From Amphiscolops sp. MND2022 (lineage: Eukaryota), in the NCBI GenBank assembly GCA_964187785.1, contig OZ076409.1, forward strand, positions 19,408,001-19,472,000: DNA of 64,000 nucleotides, given 5' to 3'. Both the position numbers and the translations under genes were made by a program. Position 1 is the first letter of the stretch. Each line of letters opens with the position of its first letter. Under the pieces are notes generated by a model, which made no database searches, was not told where the DNA came from, and saw only the letters and a program-made list of their open reading frames with translations. Below are positions 1 through 13,351 of the stretch, in pieces.

Positions 1-1281
1 TTTTGGAATACAATGCGGCGAAAAAACTACATAACTTCATATATAAGAAACACTGCAAACACCGTTATAGCCAAGACAAAAGCAAGATTTCTAGATCTTT
101 GTCAGAATAGCTATGCGAACAATTAACGACACATTGAAAAAGCTGCGTTTGGCTCTAGTTGTGTAACTCCTGGGGTGGCAACACACGGCAACCCACCAGT
201 GGCCACCGGGTTCCACATCATATTCATACCGGCCACCAGTCACTGCCGCAGCCATGAGACATTTTTGGTGGTTTTGATTGGACTACAGGTGGGCTGCAAC
301 GGAACGATTCAAAGTTTAACTTTTAAAACCGTGCTTCAAACGAGCATTCTTTCGTTCGACAGTCCGGTGTTCTACCCCTCAGCTATCTGCGCTTCTAATT
401 GATTGTTTTGGATGAGCAACGTTTGCTCTGCAACACTGCGTTGGACAAGAGGTGCCAAAAAGTCTCCTCAATTCTGCCCTGCCAGTGGGTTATTTGGGTT
501 TCTCAAAACAACAACAATGAACTAGTCGTAGATTGTAGATCAAAAACGATCGGGAGAATTTTTCAAAACTGAACGTCTTCTGGATTCAAAACTCAATTAT
601 CTAAACTGACGATAGAAAAGACAGCAGGCGCAGTGGAACTGCGATGTTTTTTGTATGCTGTTCAACAGAATCGTTCCGAAAATGACAAAAAACCGTAAAT
701 CAAAGTTTTTCGAGAAATTTTTGTTCGGGAAAATTCGCACCTTGCCAAAATTTTTCAAAAATATGACTAGTTTTCTATCGAACCTGTAGTGGAAAAGAAG
801 TCCACATGTATTGAAAAAACTTTCACCAGTCCCACAGGACCAGCAACTAACCAAAAAAGTTACCCTAGGTGGCCCTCTATACTCGCAAAAAAACTTGGTT
901 TCTGCTAAAAATCATCGGCGGATATTTCGGTTTAAAACACTTCAGAAGAAAAATACATATAGTGGCGAAAGACCCAATAACCCAAAGGGGGCCCTTTGAA
1001 AAGTTTCTTCTCAAAAAATTTTTCTATGTGTCGAGCAACGCTGCAAAACCATAGTAGGGCCTTGTATGCTGGCAAAACCATTTTTTCTGCCAGAAAACTT
1101 GTTCCTGCTGCTTTTTGGCACATTGCAAATGTTTTCTGAATTCTTAAAACCAGCGGTTCTAGTATCAATTGGAAACTGCAATGGAAAATATCCACGACTG
1201 AAATAAAGATTTTTTGTGACTTAATGAAACGAGAACATCGAATTGCTAGCCAAAGATAATTCGTCGATTCCACATACACCG

Positions 1282-1625
1282 AATAAACTCACACCCCATG
1301 TCTAAGTCAGGGGAAAGTAATTTGCAGCTTCCACCAGCGCGCGCTTCCAGCATCTATAGGCAAAAACTATAGGCAAAAAATTACCGTTCAAAACTGTGAT
1401 TTTTTGTTTCTCAATGAAATGGAATATTACAGTAAAACAAATTAGCTTTAGTGTTGGCAGAGCTTCTCTCCAAGTTTCCGTTGGGCATAAATTGAATTAC
1501 AACTTTAACTTGCATTTTTTTAACTTTAATTTTTTGCCTATAGTTTTTGCCTATAGATGCTGAAAGCGCTGGTGGAAGCTGCAAATTACTTTCCGCCTGA
1601 CTTAGACATGGTGTGTGAGTTTATT
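1282..1625. repeat. MITE/foldback element with ~100-bp inverted arms
   Basis: Left arm 1282-~1383 (aataaactcacaccccatgtctaagtcagg...ctataggcaaaaactataggcaaaaaatta) is the near reverse complement of ~1527-1625 (taattttttgcctatagtttttgcctatag...cctgacttagacatggtgtgtgagtttatt). Confidence 0.85.
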
Positions 1626-1644
1626 TGTACAAAAATGAAGCGAG

Positions 1645-1855
1645 TGTTGTATTTCTAACTAGGTCTGGATAAAATAAGGTTTTCTAAGAGAATATCTTTT
1701 CTGTATCAAAGTATAAACTATTCAACAGTATCTCTATAACATAAATGGATGTAACAGTTTTACATCTTATGTTTGTAAACAGCAGACTGGTGTGTCTGCT
1801 ACCGAAGTTCGGTTGAGGTCATCGTCTTTTTGATTGACGGATGAACCGTATAACA
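1645..1855 (-). repeat. 3' LTR of Gypsy A
   Basis: tgttgtatttc...ccgtataaca; about 8 substitutions versus 7261-7471 by eye (~4%). Confidence 0.95.
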
Positions 1856-1872
1856 TTTCACCTTCTCTCTCT
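1856..1872 (-). promoter_or_regulatory. Polypurine tract of Gypsy A
   Basis: Minus strand reads agagagagaaggtgaaa immediately before the 3' LTR. Confidence 0.8.
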
Positions 1873-2022
1873 GGGGTTTTTCAGGGGCTTGAAGATGTGC
1901 CGGGTAGCGTCATGTTCTCCGGCAAGAAGTCTTGCAGCTTTTGTGCAGTTCCCGGTATTGGTTTGGGTGTGCCCTTTGTTCGGGTCCAGCTTTGGCCTGT
2001 AACATAAACAACTTTTTCATAT

Positions 2023-5000
2023 CTAAAAATTTCCTTTATATGTTATACCACCGTATCTATTCGGTTTATTAATGTTTCGGTTTGACCGTCTATATGTATT
2101 TTGAGAATTCTCACCCTGGGGCGGCATTTCTCCGTCAGTGTGTATTTGTATGACATCATCTTCGGGGTCTGTTTGTATCGGAGCATACCGTCCATCTTTC
2201 TCCGATGTGTCATACGTCTTTCCGGCATCTTCCGGTATTTCTTCATCGTCTTCGTCTTCGTCTTCCGTCTCTGTTTCGGTGTGCTTTTTGTTTTGCACTA
2301 TTTTGTATTCTGAGTTTCCCGTTTAGGATGTCTCTGAGTATTTCGTCCCATTTCCCGTATTTGCCATCAAGTCCGCGTAGGCAATATCGGTTCTTGGGCG
2401 TTATCTCAGCTGAGACTGCCGGTGCCGATTCTCTTCGGTGACTTTTCTCGCTCTGAAATAATGGGTCCGGAATAAATTTTCGGTGTATTATTTTTCCCGT
2501 GTCAGTTTTTACGGTGTTCTCGGTTCCGCTTACTGCGGTTTGTATTTTTGATTGGAATCTACCTTCTAAGCATTTTCGGTTATGTCTCTTTTCTAGAAAT
2601 TTAAAGGGATATCTAACCGAGCTCCTTTTCTTCGGTGATTCTGACTCCAAAGCCAGTTACCGTTCTTCGGTCTTCGTCCGGGCCATCGCCATGTGGTTGG
2701 TGATTTCCCCGTCTGCGTCTCTACCGACATATATTGGTAATTTTGGTCGATTTGATGCTGAAACGGACAGTTCTGACCAATTGAATAAGAATGATTTTCT
2801 GTCTTTTATTATATTAGTTAGTTCCGTTCTCGGCTTTCGACCGTGATGAAGTTCAAATGGTGTTTTCTTAAGTCCGGTATGTATTGTGAATCGCGTCACC
2901 TTTAATGCTCTATTCACACTTTCGGTTAGATTATTTCCATCTTCCATATTAGCTAACACTAGGTTTTTCATTGTTTGTATTGCTCTTTCTACTGTTCCGT
3001 TACCTGTGTGCATTCTCGGGGGGCAGTAATGTATTTTTATGTTTCGGGTTTTACAAAATTCTTCATATTCGGTTGAAGTGAACGCCCCCCCCTTATCAGA
3101 TTTAATTTTCTCTGGAATGCCATATAAATTAAACTGATTTGATAAGAAACTTGTAACTTCTTTTGTTTCCGATGTTTTACAAATTTTCGCCGTCGGCCAT
3201 TTACTAAACCGGTCTATTGCAATTAGTATTTGGGGTTCGCCGTTTAGGTTTTTATTATGTAGTTTTCCGGTAAAATCAATTTGTATTTCTTGTCCTGGTT
3301 CGGATAATCTTTCTAGTTTTCCGTACTTGTTTTTTGGAATTTGGTATTTAAGGTTCTTACCTGTAGCTAAGCAGGCTGTACAATCTTTTACTCTTTGCTC
3401 GATATCTTTTCGCATTTCCAGCCACCAAAATATCTTCGCGTCTGATAGCATTTTTGTTATTCCGGAGTGACCGAAGTGCAGAATTTCAAAATGACGTCTT
3501 CTCAAGTCGATGGGAACGGCGATTTGATCGTCGACGAAGACTATACCCCATCGAACCGAGAGTTTGTCGAATACCGTTCTGTATCCTTCGGACGCGGAGT
3601 CTTTTTCCTCTCCTCTCATGCTGGTCCGGACTCGTGTCATTTCCGGATCGATTGCCGTTTTGGATATGAGTGTTTTGAGGTCGAGCATGAAATTAAACTC
3701 CGCTTTCTTGATGTTTCCTTCTGTCATTTTTTTCTTCTCGGTGAGCCGGCCCACTATGTGGTTTATTTGATTGTAGGGGCATCCTTGCCTTCTGTGTGGT
3801 ATTTGCTGAGGTCAACGATCGGTAGGTTGTCCCCCCGCATTATCACGCTATCTTCTTCGGTGTCCACCGTATTTTGTTCAGTTTGTAGTTCCCCCTCTTC
3901 GGCTGCTTCCGGCTCGTCTTCTTCTTCTTCTTGGATTCGCCGGTATCCACCGCCTATTCGGTTAGCTCTTTGTGTGAGCTCCGCATTTACCTCCGCAATC
4001 TCTTCCCGGCTTCTTTTATTTGGTCTTGATGGTGTGAAAATCATTCTCTGTGATTGCGGATCGTACCGTCTTCTCATTGTTCCGGGCTTGCTAGCCCTTC
4101 TCTCCTTTCTACTAGTCTCCGTGTTTCGGGGCTTTTGTTTCTTCTTCTTATTATCTCCATGATTTCTCGGGTTGCTCCCCAGTGGTAAAGGTTTTCTCGA
4201 TTCATGTTCTCAGTGTCTTCTTCTTTTAAGTTTGAACTTGTCTTTGCGGTGCTAATTTCGGACTGCCCGGATGTGGTTTTCTCGCTTTCGATAATTTTAT
4301 TCACGTGGCCTTTGTTCTGGAACGTTTTATTTGCATGTGATTGGTCGTTCTTTTGCTCATTTTTGCTCTCGGATGTATTCCGTTTTGTCTCGGTATCTTG
4401 TTTGCTGTAATCTGATTGGCTGTCGAATAGCGAACCGTATTTTGCGTTCAATTCCGCGTGTTCGGTTAATATGTTAATGACGTATTCTTCGTCGTATTTG
4501 TCTTCTGTCGGTGCTCCCCCTACCGGATTTCGGCTGAGATAGTCGGTGAATTTCATATTGCTGCCGGCAATATGTTGAACCGCGATGTCAAAGTGTGCTA
4601 GCCGATCTGACCATCTAGTTAATCTTGCGCTGTATTGATGGTTGCTTCGGTTCCTTTTATTAGAGGTTCTAGTGCTTGGTGATCTGTGTATAGGTGTACC
4701 TTTTTTCCGTACAGATGGAAGCGGAATTTTTCCAATCCCCAAACTACTGCTAACAGTTCAAGTTCGCCGATTGAGTAGTTCTTTTCGGTGTTGTTTAAAT
4801 ATCTACTACCGAATGCGATTGGTTTCAATTTCCCGTCATCTTGCTTTTGCCAAAGTGTAATGCCGAGACCGGTTTTGCTCGCGCCTGTCGTTACCATGTT
4901 ATCTTTATCTTTTGCATAGTGTGCTAAGCATGGTTTTTTGGTCAGCATTTGTTTTATTTGTTTGAAATCATTTTCTTGTTCCTGTCCCCATATCCATGGT

Positions 5001-7206
5001 TCAATTTTCTTCAGTAACTTTCTCAATCTATCTGTCTTTTCCTATAGTTTCGGTAGGAATTTTGCTAAATATTGTATTGCCCCGAGGAATGATTTCAGTT
5101 TTTTTGTATTGTTCGGTGATTTCAATTTTTGTATCGCTTCAACCTTCTCCTCATTCAGTTTTATCCCGGATTCATCAATTTTGTGTCCCAACCATTTTGT
5201 CTGTTTTAGGAAAAATTCCGATTTCCTTTTGCTCGCCCGGTATCCGGCTTTTTCGAGTTTAGATAAAACATCGAATAGTTTTTTCTCGTGCTCTTGTCTA
5301 CTTCCGCGTGTTACTACTATAATGTCATCTAACCATGCCGGTGTGCTGTATTCCAGTGTTCGATCTATTTTCTCCTGGAAGATTGTGGGAATATCGGCAA
5401 GTCCGTAAAACCCTTTTTTAAATCTGTAGTACCCGCTATATTTCGCTCCGGTGATTGCGAATACGCATTGTCGGCTTGTCTCTTCGGATAATTTCATTTG
5501 TCCGTATGCGTAATCTAAGTCAATCTTTGACATGAATAATTGTAATGTTCGGTCTCGTGTAATTTCCACCGATATTTGGTTTAGAAATTCTTCCATATTC
5601 GGCATGTGTGGTCTCCGTTTAATGCAGCTATCGTTTAATTTCCGATAGTCCAATGCTATTTTCACTGATTTGTCATTCTTTACCGTTTATACTACCGGTG
5701 ATACGAAACAGTCTTCATCCACATTGTTTACTTTCTCTATATGTCCGGCCTTTAATAATTTCTCTAATTCCCGCCCTACATCTTCTTGCAGGTGTAGTGG
5801 TATCGGTCTTGCTTTTTGTTTCACCGGGTAGTGTCCGGGTTTCAGTTGTATATTTATTTCGGTATCTTTTTTTGTCCGGTTGTTTTCGAATAGGTCCGGG
5901 AACTTGTTAATTATTCTCTCTTTTTCTGATTGGCCGATTTCGGCCAGTTGTATTTTACCGATTGTCAGCTTGAATCTTTTCATCCAGTCCATCCCCAGTA
6001 AGGGTGTTATGTCCGCTCTTTCGGTAATTAGTATTTCCATTTTTTGGTTATTTTCGTATTCTATGTTTACCGGTATTTTCCCCCGGAATTTTACTTCGTT
6101 CTTGTTTACATCTTGGTATCGGTTTGTTCTTTTCTGTATTTCGGTCTTCTTCATGATTTGTTCGTCTAATGGCATTATGGTCACCGGTGATCCGGTATTG
6201 ATGATAAATTCTTTTGGTGTTTCGTTTGTTTTTATTTTTGCCGTGTAATGTTTCTGTTGTTCTACGATGTTCTTTATTTCTTCTATATGATATATACTTT
6301 CATCGGATTCACTCATCGGTTCGTTCGGTTCTATTTCTTCTTCTTCGGTAAGTTTACTCACTGTTCGGTTGTTCTTTGTTCTTTGTTTGCATGCCCGTGC
6401 GTAGTGTTCTTTCTTTCCGCAGTTGTTACAATTTGATTCCAATGCTGGGCACTTGTGTGTTGTGTTCCAGTTTGGTGCGTTGCAGAATCTGCATGGTCGG
6501 TTTCCCGTTGTTCTCGTTTTCGGTCTGGTTCCGAATTTCTCCACTCTTTGTATTGGTTCTTCTTTGATCATCTGTTTTTCTTTTGTTGTGATTAATGCTT
6601 CGGGTATTGTATTTTTCTTGTTTTTCTTTTCGTATGTGTTTTTTGTTTATTCATTTCAATTGTTTTCTTCATCTCTAGGGATTTTTCTTCCATTAGCTTG
6701 TCCCGTAACTTTTTGTCGGTAATCGCTGTCATGTATTTAGATATTAGTAGTTCTTTGGCTGAGATGGTTCCGAAATTGCATTCTTTTTCTATTTCAATCA
6801 GTTGTTTCCAGAACTCTTCGGGTGTTTAGTTCTCCGATTGTTTCGCCCAAAAGAAGTCTCCCCTATTGTAATTTGTGTTTCGTTTTGGGAGGTAATGTTC
6901 GGTATATAACCGAATTAGGTCTTTGATTTTTATACTGTCCGGTTCCGTTTTGTACTCGGCCCGGGTTATCTGGTACAATGCTTCCGGTCCCACTCCCCAG
7001 ATAAAGTCTTCTTGGATTTGTGCTTCTTTTTCGGCGGTCCATCCGGTTTCTGTAATATCTTCCCCTTTTACTAATGGTGCGATGTCGATTTTGTGTTCTC
7101 GTTTGGTAAATTGTCTAAATCTCTCCAACCATTGTCTCGGGGTAAATATTGGGTTTCCGTCTGATGCCTTTGCTTCTAGGTTTGGTACAGTATTCTTTTC
7201 TGCCAT
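2023..7206 (-). pseudogene. Gypsy A gag-pol, broken by stops and frameshifts
   Basis: Gag N-terminus 6826-7206; zinc knuckles and protease in 5687-6571 (CNNCGKKEHYARAC; FIINTGS with the catalytic D changed to N); RT 5042-5665 (KIDLDYAYGQ, WLDD); RNase H 4619-5026 (NYSIGELELLAV, YTDHQAL); integrase 2657-3754 (HFGHSG...CTAC, QIDF, SDKG, VERAI). Confidence 0.93.
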
Positions 7207-7242
7207 AGTTCCGGTTAAAATTTTCGGTTTGTTAAAGAAAAT

Positions 7243-7260
7243 ATCTTGCTTACTGCGTCA
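7243..7260 (-). promoter_or_regulatory. Degenerate primer-binding site of Gypsy A
   Basis: Minus strand TGACGCAGTAAGCAAGAT directly follows the 5' LTR; it resembles a TGGCGCAGT-type (tRNA-Ser-like) PBS with G>A changes. The tRNA assignment is inference. Confidence 0.55.
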
Positions 7261-7471
7261 TGTTGTATTTCTAACTAGGTCTGGATAAAATAAGGTTTTC
7301 TAAAATAATATCTTTTCTGTATCAAAGTATAAACTATTCAACAGTATCTCTATAGCATAAATGGATGTAACAGTTTTTCATCTTATGTTTTTAAACAGCA
7401 GACTGGTGTGTCTGCTACCGAAGTTCGGTTGAGGTCATGTTCTTTTTGATTGACAGATGAACCGTATAACA
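7261..7471 (-). repeat. 5' LTR of Gypsy A
   Basis: Direct repeat of 1645-1855. Confidence 0.95.
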
Positions 7472-7596
7472 GCGAGAACATCATTTTCCCCGCTCTTATC
7501 CAGTGAACAAGTGTACTTGTTTCTTAAGAACCCAAGTACACTTGTTCACTGGATAAGAGCGGGGAACATGATTTTCGCGCTTCATTTTTGCACAAA
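7472..7596. repeat. Foldback palindrome; its left tip lies at 1624-1644, split off by Gypsy A
   Basis: Joining tttgtacaaaaatgaagcgag (1624-1644) to aacatcattttccccgctcttatccagtgaacaagtgtacttg gives the near reverse complement of caagtacacttgttcactggataagagcggggaacatgattttcgcgcttcatttttgcacaaa. Confidence 0.9.
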
Positions 7597-10500
7597 TCTC
7601 TTTTCCTAACTTGTTTGTTTGCCGACCAATCGTCTGCAAATTTCTAGTGGGCAGGTATTGTTCATCATTTCAAAAATGGTGGGCTACATTTGGTCAAAAA
7701 TTTTCAGCCAAAACAACTTTTTATTCACGCACCACTTGAGGCAGCTCATCAAGCCTCGATACAAAGAATCGTAGAAAGGAGAGTTCGGGTGAAATTTTGG
7801 TTTCTTGAAAGTTCGTTTTTTTAAACAAATTTTTGTGATAAAGTGAAGTTTTTATACTCCCAGTCTTTATCAAACATTTTTCCTTCGCATGTTTTGTGCT
7901 GAGCGCCGTAGCGCTTTTTAAAATCTTTTAGGTGCTAACTGCGAGCCCCACCACCGCAAAACGTTTTAAAATTTGATTTGTTCAGACAATTTTTCTTAAC
8001 CTTGAAGTTTTTTGAAAATCAATCTTTGAAACCATGCTCAAGTTTATTTTTGGAAGGGTTTGATTTTATCAAGAGTTTTAAAGAAATTCTCCATAGAATA
8101 AGGAACCTAAAAAAACGACTATTCTGGAGTTCGCCAAGTACCAATGTCTAATCATTGGATTGTTTTGTGGCAATGTTTCACAGACACGTGCTAGTTTTTA
8201 CCGAAGTCCGAAAAGAAGACCAATCCAAAAAAGTCTCTCTTTGGGTCATTTTCCTTAAATGTTTGAAATATTTATAACGCGCGTTATCGTTTAACACTTG
8301 TCGATTATTTCAGCTCTTTTCTTTGGTAAAAGTTGAAAATCTGCCATGCTTTCAATTTTTCAAAAAATCAGATCTTTAAAATATAAGAACCAAAGAAAAG
8401 AGTATGTTTTAGGCAAAAACTAACTGGAAAGATCTGAGTCTCTGTTGTTGTTGCGACGAAACGCTTTGGATCTCAGCACCCCCATTTTGACTGATCATCT
8501 AAATGACCAATTATCAATTGATTCAGTTTTAGGTAACATTTGTGCTCAGATTGTTAGTAGTTCAAGAACGATCATCGATCTGACATTTGATAAATCTGAC
8601 ATCCTACAAGCGTCATTTTAAGAATTTTCTGTCAATGTTTCTTTTCTTCTAGCAATGAGTCATTCTTGTTAACGTGTCAACATTTTTTCCGATTTTAGAT
8701 AAGCTCGATATTTAGCATTTCACATAAGAGCATTCACAACTAGACAGCAGATTTATTTTTATGTTCTTGGACATGTAAAGATATTTTGCCAGATTTTCGG
8801 ATCAGGATTTTGATTTTATCGAAACTATCAAAAATTTTATCGAAACTAAAACTTATATTGATAAAAATCATTTTATCGCTTTTGGTATTGAAAAAAATTT
8901 CGATCCCGTATTTTCAGTAAAACTTCTGAAAACGCAACCAACAACGTTGAAGCTGATAAAGCTGATAAAGGTCCCTGTTCAAATTGGAGGGAAATGGGAA
9001 AGATTAAAAAGTAGAAAAAAACTGATACTTTCATTGCTTCAGAAGGCAAAGTCTGGATTAAAACCCGATAGAAAATTGGATTTGAAGACCGATCTAGACG
9101 GACGTGAATAATTTATTGCAGACAACGATAACAATCAATGGTTGGGGAAAACTTAACGGAATGGTGTATGAATAATGGAAAGAATATAAATTACAAGCGA
9201 GTAGTTGGGGTGCATTTGTGGTTGCTTTCCACAGAAATTCCAGGATAAATTAATTGAAAGGAGACCATTTAACTTTGAACCTGAACGGATGAAAGACTGA
9301 CTTCATGGAATGAAATCAAATTTCATTTTGTTGTCTATTAACGTCGGCATGCTTTGGAAATGTTTTTCGATTAACATGTCTGTTTGCATTCATTTGTTTA
9401 CTGCAGTTTGTTTATTTGCTGGACTTGGTGGAAAATTAGCGTTCAACCGGAAAATTGACTTCATGTTATTTGGTGGATAAGAAGAAAAAGTATTTTCAGA
9501 CACAACCTAAAGCTATAAGCACATGCATATTTGGTGAAAATAATTCAGAGTTCGAACATAGCGGATGCATCAATGCACTTCGATGTCTATCGATGCAAAT
9601 CAATGCGACGACATAAGACACGTTTTTGAGACAAAAAAAACTTCCGCCCATATTTCCACATATTTCCATATGGGAACGGAAAGAATAACTCAGTCTCATT
9701 TTGGTTCAAAATTTGCCATGCTTCAAAATCATAACCAAAGTGAAGCTCATTCATAGAATTCAATTGACATTTACTTTTTTTAAAATATCAAAATTACCTT
9801 AAAAAGCAAGAAGACCCTATTTTTGACCACTTTAGGCCATTTCTGTGATATTTTTGAACATTTCGAGAATATGAAACACCCTACGAGTTTAACAATGAAG
9901 CAAACAGTCGTCTGATACGCGTATACGACGAGAAATTCAGAGTTTATGGATGGAAAAATCACAAAAAATCATTTCCAAGTTTTGATTTTTATGTTGCTCA
10001 AACTGAATAAAGTTCGAAAAACACAGAGTTCCACGTGCTATTCAACCTGCGCTTTAGAAAACAAATTTGCTTTTTGTTCAAGAATGAAATAATGCATGCC
10101 AATTTTTTATTTCAACCGTTTCAAACAATTTTGTACAATTATCGAGTGTTTTCTGATGGGTATGAAAATCTGCATCTTTCAAAAACTGAACATTCAGTTG
10201 TTTAGCAGACCTTTCATAAAGTAAAGCAATCAGCTGTTTCCTAAATTGAAACTAACTTTTTTGAACAAAATAGCAAGGAAAAAGTTTTTCACTTTTTGAT
10301 TCTTCGTTGCACTTTTCGTCCACGTTCTGTTTTTTGTTCGGTAGTACTACACAGTTTTCAAAAATGGAACCTGTAATACGGTGTTGATCCCGGATGAACT
10401 CTACAAAACTCAGACTACCTGAAAAACTTGAAAACATAGATTTATATTTTGTAGACATTAATCGTATAATTTCGATACGAGATAGAGTTACAAAATAAAA

Positions 10501-12241
10501 CTGATCTTTTATAATCTTCTCTTGTCTTAACCTAGCTTAGAAATACAACAATACCTATTTAGCATACTCTTTAGTACCCAATCCTAATTTAGAAAAATCT
10601 CGGAATGACCTCAAAAGTTCAAAAGACCACAAAAACTTCAATTTTCAATAGTTGAGTGGCAACGTTCATAAAGTTTGCATGGTTTACGTTGACAAGTGAA
10701 TAGAACGACGAAGATGACATCTATCGTGCACGATTTGCACAAGAAAGTTAAAAATTTTTTGTCGGAAATGATCCCAAGGCTTCTACAAAAGCCCACTTTT
10801 CTCTAATTTTACCCGTGTTAATCAAATTCCGTAAGTTATTCGAACTTTTAGGTGGGTATGAACAATCACAGTGTACGAAGACACAATAATTGCTTCTTTA
10901 GCTTTTTCTTAAAATGAAAAACTGACCATATTTTATTCAAATTACACAAAAGATCCAATCAAGAAAAAAATGTCCTTTTTGAACGATTGATGCTTTTTTG
11001 ATAATCTTCTCATTTTTTTGGTGTATGAACATCCATGCAGTTCCATAACAAAGTGATTGGCTGCAAACATACTTCGTTGGGATACCTCTTGTTTTTCAGA
11101 GCATGGCATGAAATGAGTCTCAAAGGTATACATGTAGAAGTTTTCACGCTCAACCTTCAAGAATATCTCTTTCGGGTGGAAAATTCCTCTCTGTTGAGCG
11201 GGCGTCTTGTATTTTATATCGATCAGAGAATCGTTTCATTTTCAAATTGGATTTTTGTCAAAAACTTGTGTAATTCATAAACATGACCAAATAAAAAGTT
11301 TCGTAAAAACACTTTAGTCAGTTCACAATCGTGAGCTGTGTTTGAGGACCTTTTGGATCAATTTTGATGGTAAATCTTCGGCAAACTGGAGGGGAGTTCT
11401 AAGACTTTGATTCTGCGTTGATAATTTGCTGTAATTTTGCATAATTCGAAAAATCTTTACAAGTCAAAACAATCAAGGGTGAAACACTCGTAAAACAGCT
11501 ATGCAACTTTTTTGGAAACAAATGGGAATAAAAGAGAAATGCATGATGTGTTTGATTGGCGGTTTATCTAACAAGTATGAGTGCTGCGTACAATTAGTGC
11601 AGTAATTCTGTAAAATCAGTATATAATTCCGCTCATGCACCGCACTGAGGCCATCTCGAGACAAAAGGCTCCAGCGGGTTCCCAAGTCTTTGATTCGCCA
11701 TCAATCAATATTATGCAGAATTAAATCATGTAAAACGACAAAGCACGTGATCAAAACACCTGTTTCTAATCAATAACTTTAATCACTTTTAGTCCAATCA
11801 TACTGAATTACCTCCTCCCCTCGTGTACATTTCAATGTGCACATACATACAAATAACAGTTTAAATTCATCATCGCATCAATCATTCATGAAAATTGGAC
11901 ATCACTAAAACTAAAGAAAAGTCTATGAGAGTTTCAGAATTCGCACATGAATACATTTTTAACTTACTTAACAAATAGTTCGAATATCTTTCCATGAATT
12001 TTCTTTTTTTTAGAATGCAGTCAAACAGTCAAATTCAAACCTGCCACACGACGACCTCTGAAAACCTTTTGATGACCGTGATTGAACCGAAAATCGGTCG
12101 GTCATCATCTTTTGCTTGTTGTTTCAAGCTACATGTAAGTCAAGCTCAATATGAAATCGAAAGCGGACAAAGTCTTGTGAAAAAAACTAAGCATAGGTGA
12201 TATGGTTGTAAATAGAAAGTTATGCTTGAAATATATGCTAA

Positions 12242-13351
12242 CCCGGGTTGACCCTCCATGGATATCTTAGTAAGATCTTGGCAAGATCTTAACAAGATCT
12301 TGGAACAATCTTGGCTAAGATCTTGTCAAGATCTTGCCATGGTATTCATTTTCCCATGGTAAGATCTTACCAAGACAGGCATGTATCCAATATAAATCTT
12401 GATAAGAAACCCAAGATGGCAAGAAAAATTTTACTGAGAAGTCCAAGATGGCAAGAAAAATTTGCTACGAGCTGCCTAATATTGAGAAAAAAAAGATCAG
12501 AAAACTTTAAATTAAAAGCTTTTGAAAATCCAAAACTCACTCAAAACTATAAAATACAAGACACTTTTCAACCATTAGAAAAACATCAAAAACAACTGAA
12601 TTATTTTTTTAATATCGCGAAAATAAAATCTGACATCTAAAAGTCACTGAGTTCATCTGAAAATCACAGGAATAAGATCTAAAACCACTGAATTGAGAAC
12701 CGAAGCCACAAGATTATACATGGCATAAGATCTAAAATTCCCCAAAACGACATTTTCTCCAATTTCCTTTATAAAAAAACAATGAATGGACAAAAAACCG
12801 TGTACGTCGGTTCTCATTTAAGTGGAATAAGATCTTTAGACACTGATCACTGAAATAAGGACTCAGATAAATCCTAATAAGTAGATCTCTGGAATATCTA
12901 AAAGTCCCCCAAAATGTCAATATTTTCGCCAATTTCACCCCGAAAACCACCAAAAATATTCCAAAAAATCTTGTACGGTTCTCAATTCACCGTTGTAAGA
13001 TCTAAAATCACTGGAATAAGGTCTAAAGTTACCTAGAACGACAATGATTTCTTCGATCTTATTCCAGAGAATTTCAATCTTTACAGGAAATCAAGGCCCA
13101 GTCTGAGAAATCGCGGAAAGACCCGGCAAAAAATTATTATACGAATGTAGCTATTTTTAAAACTCTTGATCGAAATTTTGAAATCTTAGAACTTTTTCAA
13201 TCTTAGTAAGATTCGATCTTGGAATAATGATACATCTCGGTAAGATCTTAGTAAGAATCTTGCCATGGGATCCATGGTTGCCAAGATGTAGTAAGAATTT
13301 GGTAAGATCTTGCCAAGACAGCCAAGATGCTAGCAAGAGGGTCAACCCGGG
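12242..13351. mobile_element. Non-autonomous TIR DNA transposon, EnSpm/CACTA-like
   Basis: Terminal inverted repeats (TIRs) CCCGGGTTGACCCT / AGGGTCAACCCGGG; many subterminal AAGATCTT motifs at both ends; flanked by aa on both sides (possible 2-bp TSD); no transposase ORF. Confidence 0.7.

Larger units (their letters stand above)
1645..7471 (-). mobile_element. Ty3/Gypsy LTR retrotransposon A (full length, decayed)
   Basis: 211-bp direct repeats at 1645-1855 and 7261-7471 with TG...CA ends; 5-bp TSD GCGAG (1640-1644, 7472-7476); minus-strand order gag-PR-RT-RH-IN. Confidence 0.97.

Noticed and set aside
2043..7288. Many short opposite-strand or overlapping ORFs in the ORF track (also across 18834-29145)
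   Set aside because: They are shadow frames of the biased gag, pol and antisense coding sequences.
8400..12200. Patches that look like decayed coding sequence
   Set aside because: Stop-riddled, with no recognisable motif.
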